From IMG/VR virus record IMGVR_UViG_3300046507_000639, positions 64,001 to 128,000 of that record: a stretch of 64,000 bases of DNA, one strand, 5' to 3'. The position numbers and the translations under genes were made by a program. This DNA is from a virus (lineage: Duplodnaviria; Heunggongvirae; Uroviricota; Caudoviricetes). Positions 61,636 to 64,000 of this stretch are shown one piece after another; position 1 is the stretch's first letter; each line of letters starts with the position of its first letter. The notes beneath the pieces are model-generated. The model saw only the letters and a list, made by a program, of their open reading frames with translations. It was not told where the DNA came from and did not search any database.

Positions 61636-62205
61636 TCAGTGTATGTCGAGCGCCCCGCGTAGGGCGTCTCTGTATTTATACAAATCGACTTCGAGGAATG
61701 ACGAATATTTTTTCAAATTGAAGTAGACTTGCGGCCACACCACGGCGTCCTCTATCTTCGCGTTCCAGTGCGGTGCGAACTTGAGTATGCCGTTGAGTAG
61801 TATGACCGTCTCTCGGTGGACCTCGCCGCGCAGCATCGCCTTGAGCAGGGGAGGGTGCTCCCCTCGCTTGACAGTGAAGTTTGAGTCGAAGTCCGGGTCG
61901 AGCTTCTTGACGTCCTCGGTGAAGACGTAGTTCAGGGAGGTGACGACCTTCTTCCACTCCTTGTAGACGGAGTCGTCGGAGGTCACGTCACCGATCCACG
62001 CGTTGGGGTTCTTCGACAGGTGGGCCACTAGGACCGCGTGCGGGTCCCTCTGCTTGGCGAGCTTCTCGAACTGGAAGCGGTCGCCCCTCTTCTCGTAGGA
62101 AGAGTACTTGGCGTTCACCTTTCCGCTGTAGCGGAAGTAGTCGTAGTCAGAAGTGAAGTGGCGTTTGAGCGCCAGATAATCAATGTATACTTCGAACGGG
62201 GAGAT
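61636..62205 (-). CDS. gp59: Helicase loader; conserved N-terminus begins at ATC (no ATG/GTG/TTG)
   Basis: The frame extends upstream of the ORF-track start as ISPFEVYIDYLALKRHFTSDYDYFRYSGK; HP.LLK..L.G.+..ET+++L+, +.KY..F. Confidence 0.85.
   Translation of the reverse strand: MSPFEVYIDYLALKRHFTSDYDYFRYSGKVNAKYSSYEKRGDRFQFEKLAKQRDPHAVLVAHLSKNPNAWIGDVTSDDSVYKEWKKVVTSLNYVFTEDVKKLDPDFDSNFTVKRGEHPPLLKAMLRGEVHRETVILLNGILKFAPHWNAKIEDAVVWPQVYFNLKKYSSFLEVDLYKYRDALRGALDIH
61673..61680 (-). promoter_or_regulatory. Late promoter for gp32, embedded in the gp59 3' end
   Basis: Exact TATAAATA. Confidence 0.7.
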
Positions 62206-62210
62206 GTCAA
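62182..62210 (-). promoter_or_regulatory. sigma70-like promoter overlapping the gp59 start
   Basis: TTGACA-N17-TACATT. Confidence 0.55.
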
Positions 62211-62214
62211 CACC

Positions 62215-62439
62215 TCAGAGACCGGGGATCGTCCTGATCTTCTCGACCAGGTTCAGCTTCATGCAGTCTTCCTGCAGCTTACCCTTGAGGTTGGGGTTCT
62301 TCTTGACGATGGACGCGATGAGCTCAGGGTCCACTTCATGCACGTCGACGTAGTACATGATGGCGTCGAGGTAGTTCATGTTCTTGCCCTTGACCAGCTT
62401 CTCGATCTCGAGCACGAACTCTTGAGAGTTTCGTATCAA
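62215..62439 (-). CDS. gp33: Late-promoter transcription coactivator
   Basis: F..EIE.+V....+NY+DAI+.Y.....+D.E..A.+++....LK.K+..+...LN. Start placed at TTG 62439, downstream of the tRNA. Confidence 0.85.
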   Translation of the reverse strand: MIRNSQEFVLEIEKLVKGKNMNYLDAIMYYVDVHEVDPELIASIVKKNPNLKGKLQEDCMKLNLVEKIRTIPGL

Positions 62440-62462
62440 TGTGATGCTTTCATTTGAGAAGA

Positions 62463-62546
62463 TGGAGGCCTGCCCAGGGATCGAACCTGGTCTCTTTCGA
62501 GGCATCTCCTTTGCAGGGAGTCGCGTTACCGTCCCGCCCGCAGGCC
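62463..62546 (-). tRNA. tRNA-Cys(GCA) with an extra variable-arm hairpin
   Basis: GGCCUGC/GCAGGCC acceptor stem, U73, encoded CCA, loop CU-GCA-AA, T-arm CCAGG-UUCGAUC-CCUGG. Confidence 0.85.
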
Positions 62547-62548
62547 AC

Positions 62549-62645
62549 TTGCCGAGGACCTCTACGAGGTCGTAACGCTGTCTCGGCACTCTACGGGCAG
62601 TTAGGTGTCTGCCGACCTTTCACTCACCGTGCATGCCGGAGAGTT
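62549..62645 (-). ncRNA. Candidate structured RNA between two tRNAs
   Basis: Nested stems TGCCGAG/CTCGGCA and GACCTC/GAGGTC, plus GGCAG/CTGCC; no credible ORF. Confidence 0.4.
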
Positions 62646-62650
62646 ATTTC

Positions 62651-62728
62651 TGGTGCCCGGCGTGGGGCTCGAACCCACGACATTCCCATTTTAAGTGGGA
62701 CGACTCTAACCAACTGGCCTAGCCGGGC
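62651..62728 (-). tRNA. tRNA-Leu(UAA) with a short variable loop
   Basis: GCCCGGC/GCCGGGC acceptor stem, A73-CCA, UCCCA-CU-UAA-AA-UGGGA, T-arm GUGGG-UUCGAGC-CCCAC. Confidence 0.82.
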
Positions 62729-62737
62729 GCATTCTAT

Positions 62738-63118
62738 TTATTCTTCGTGGTGCGGGGCGTGGCTCCAGTCGACTTCACCGGTCTCGACGAGCTTGCGAAG
62801 AGTGAGCGCAGCGTCTTCCGGAGTCACGGCGCCAAAGTCGATGCCTTGACCGAAGGGGTAGAAGAGCTTACCGCCGATGTCTTCACTGATGCCGAGGTAT
62901 TTCCGGGCGTCTTCCAAGAACGTATCGTCGAATCTTATCGTCTCGGGGTGCCCGCGCTGTTCCCAGGCCGACCATCCCGCGAGGCATGCCGGCGCGCCGC
63001 ACTCGAAGGTCTCGTAGTTCAGGTTGAACCCGTGAATCTTGCCGTGCGAGTTGTCTACGCGAGGCAGAGTCTCGATGAGGTCGGCGAGCGCGAGGGCGTG
63101 TTCCCTGTTGACTGTCAT
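62738..63118 (-). CDS. Hypothetical protein
   Basis: Start MTVNREHAL after the promoter, with AAGGGA SD; CG...C+AGW motif. Confidence 0.62.
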   Translation of the reverse strand: MTVNREHALALADLIETLPRVDNSHGKIHGFNLNYETFECGAPACLAGWSAWEQRGHPETIRFDDTFLEDARKYLGISEDIGGKLFYPFGQGIDFGAVTPEDAALTLRKLVETGEVDWSHAPHHEE

Positions 63119-63147
63119 GATGTAGTCCCTTCCGTTGATCGTGAAGA

Positions 63148-63176
63148 AATATACCACGACCGGAGCCAAATGTCAA
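63148..63176 (-). promoter_or_regulatory. sigma70-like early promoter
   Basis: TTGACA-N17-TATATT with TGG before -10. Confidence 0.72.
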
Positions 63177-63189
63177 CTGATTTGAGAAA

Positions 63190-63414
63190 TCACTTCGTCG
63201 GGGGAGTAGTCGAAGTGTCCTTCGCGGCGAGCTGCTGGACGCTCGAGACCAGCGTCTTGATGACGAGGTTGAGCAGGTTGAGCGAACCGACGATCTTCAG
63301 GGCCACGACGGCCGAGACGATGGTGGTCCAGTCGAAACCGATCAGCGCAGAGATCAAGGTCGCGAGCAGCGTCGCGACTACTGCGATGAGGTTGAGTGTA
63401 TTGGTGTTCATCAT
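63190..63414 (-). CDS. Small two-TM membrane protein (holin-like)
   Basis: GGAG SD, Met-Met start, two hydrophobic helices, polar/basic C-terminal tail. Confidence 0.62.
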   Translation of the reverse strand: MMNTNTLNLIAVVATLLATLISALIGFDWTTIVSAVVALKIVGSLNLLNLVIKTLVSSVQQLAAKDTSTTPPTK

Positions 63415-63430
63415 GGCTCCGTTACAGTTC

Positions 63431-63509
63431 TGGTACCCGACCACGGAGTCGAACCGTGATGCACCTCGCTTTGAGGGAGGCGGCTTTACCGAGGTTTGCC
63501 TAGTCGGGC
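63431..63509 (-). tRNA. tRNA-Leu(CAA) with a short variable loop
   Basis: GCCCGAC/GUCGGGU acceptor stem, A73-CCA, loop CU-CAA-AG (C31.C39 mismatch), T-arm CACGG-UUCGACU-CCGUG. Confidence 0.75.
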
Positions 63510-63514
63510 AAATT

Positions 63515-63592
63515 TGGCAGGGAAGGAGGGATTCGAACCCCCGATCGCGGTTTTGGAGACCGCAGCTTTAGGCCAGGCTAAGCTACATCCCT
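63515..63592 (-). tRNA. tRNA-Trp(CCA)
   Basis: GCGGU-CU-CCA-AA-ACCGC, T-arm GGGGG-UUCGAAU-CCCUC, G73-CCA. Confidence 0.88.
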
Positions 63593-63595
63593 GTA

Positions 63596-63877
63596 TTACT
63601 TCGAGTTGAACTCGACGACCTCGTCGATCGCGTCCCGAAGTTTCTTGAGAGTCTCGACGTCGGATACCATGATGTCGGTGTAGTCCACCCGATCAGCGTC
63701 GCTCTTGGTCACGTATTTATACGCGATCCACAGTCTCTTGAGGAACCGTGCGTAGTGGCTCATCTTGTAGTAGATGAACAGCTCTTTCTGATCCTCGTCC
63801 CAGTGGCACACCTCGAAGACCATGAGGTGGTCGGGTGAGCTGCAGTTACAGAACGCTACGTGACGTTTTTCCATCAT
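63596..63877 (-). CDS. Hypothetical protein (CxC...H motif)
   Basis: Start MMEKRH after the promoter; CNC.SPDH...F.KRL..AYKY. Confidence 0.65.
   Translation of the reverse strand: MMEKRHVAFCNCSSPDHLMVFEVCHWDEDQKELFIYYKMSHYARFLKRLWIAYKYVTKSDADRVDYTDIMVSDVETLKKLRDAIDEVVEFNSK
63714..63721 (-). promoter_or_regulatory. Embedded late promoter upstream of the tRNA/holin-like cluster
   Basis: Exact TATAAATA via atypical TAT AAA codons. Confidence 0.65.
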
Positions 63878-63883
63878 GCTCTC

Positions 63884-63912
63884 ACTATACCACACTTTCG
63901 AGAATTTGTCAA
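63884..63912 (-). promoter_or_regulatory. sigma70-like early promoter
   Basis: TTGACA-N17-TATAGT with TGG before -10. Confidence 0.75.
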
Positions 63913-64000
63913 CTGAAAAGTTCAGCGGATCCAATTCTTTACGCAGTTGAAGTGTTCTCGCACTCCTCGAGAGACGAGCCACCGGGCCTGCTTGTAGTCG

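Noticed and set aside
62440-62589. N-terminal extension of gp33 in the ORF track
   Set aside because: It reads through tRNA-Cys. gp33 similarity starts near TTG 62439.
62651-62728. tRNA(UAA) as a stop-codon suppressor, or evidence of an alternative genetic code
   Set aside because: Anticodon UAA reads UUA (Leu), not a stop. TAA, TAG and TGA all terminate conserved genes at expected lengths in this window.
63913-64000. Possible further tRNA or ncRNA at the right edge
   Set aside because: No T-loop or cloverleaf is visible and the sequence is truncated by the window end.

Overview
This window is a segment of a T4-like myovirus genome, roughly 60% GC by eye with strongly C/G-ending codons. The host cannot be determined from this window. 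It carries the T4-type replication and recombination genes (gp42 dCMP hydroxymethylase, DexA, gp46/47, gp55, UvsW/UvsY, gp32, gp59, gp33) and a nearly complete head, neck, tail and baseplate module (gp3, gp23-22-21-68-67-20, gp19, gp18, gp17-16-15-14-13, gp8/7/6/25, gp5, hub, gp53, gp48, gp4, gp2, gp54, gp26/51, tape measure). Four tRNA genes and several accessory cassettes are also present. I located 14 sigma70-like promoters (TT[G/T]ACA-N16/17-TAnnnT) and 18 T4 late-type boxes (NATAAATA), many embedded in coding DNA. The strongest unusual signals are: (1) a 72-aa hydrophobic ORF overprinted in the +1 frame of gp5, with its own Shine-Dalgarno and a codon-bias scar that matches its ends; (2) a U_UUU_UUA -1 slippery site joining gp26 to gp51 just upstream of the tape measure gene; (3) an ExbB/MotA + ExbD/MotB-like membrane operon; (4) prohead-core genes built from repeated basic modules flanked by gp21-type cleavage sites; (5) two tRNA-Leu genes with no long variable arm beside a tRNA-Cys that has one; (6) a gp59 with no canonical start codon; and (7) convergent promoters flanking tandem palindromes upstream of gp55. 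All family calls come from motif recognition by eye. No database search was run.
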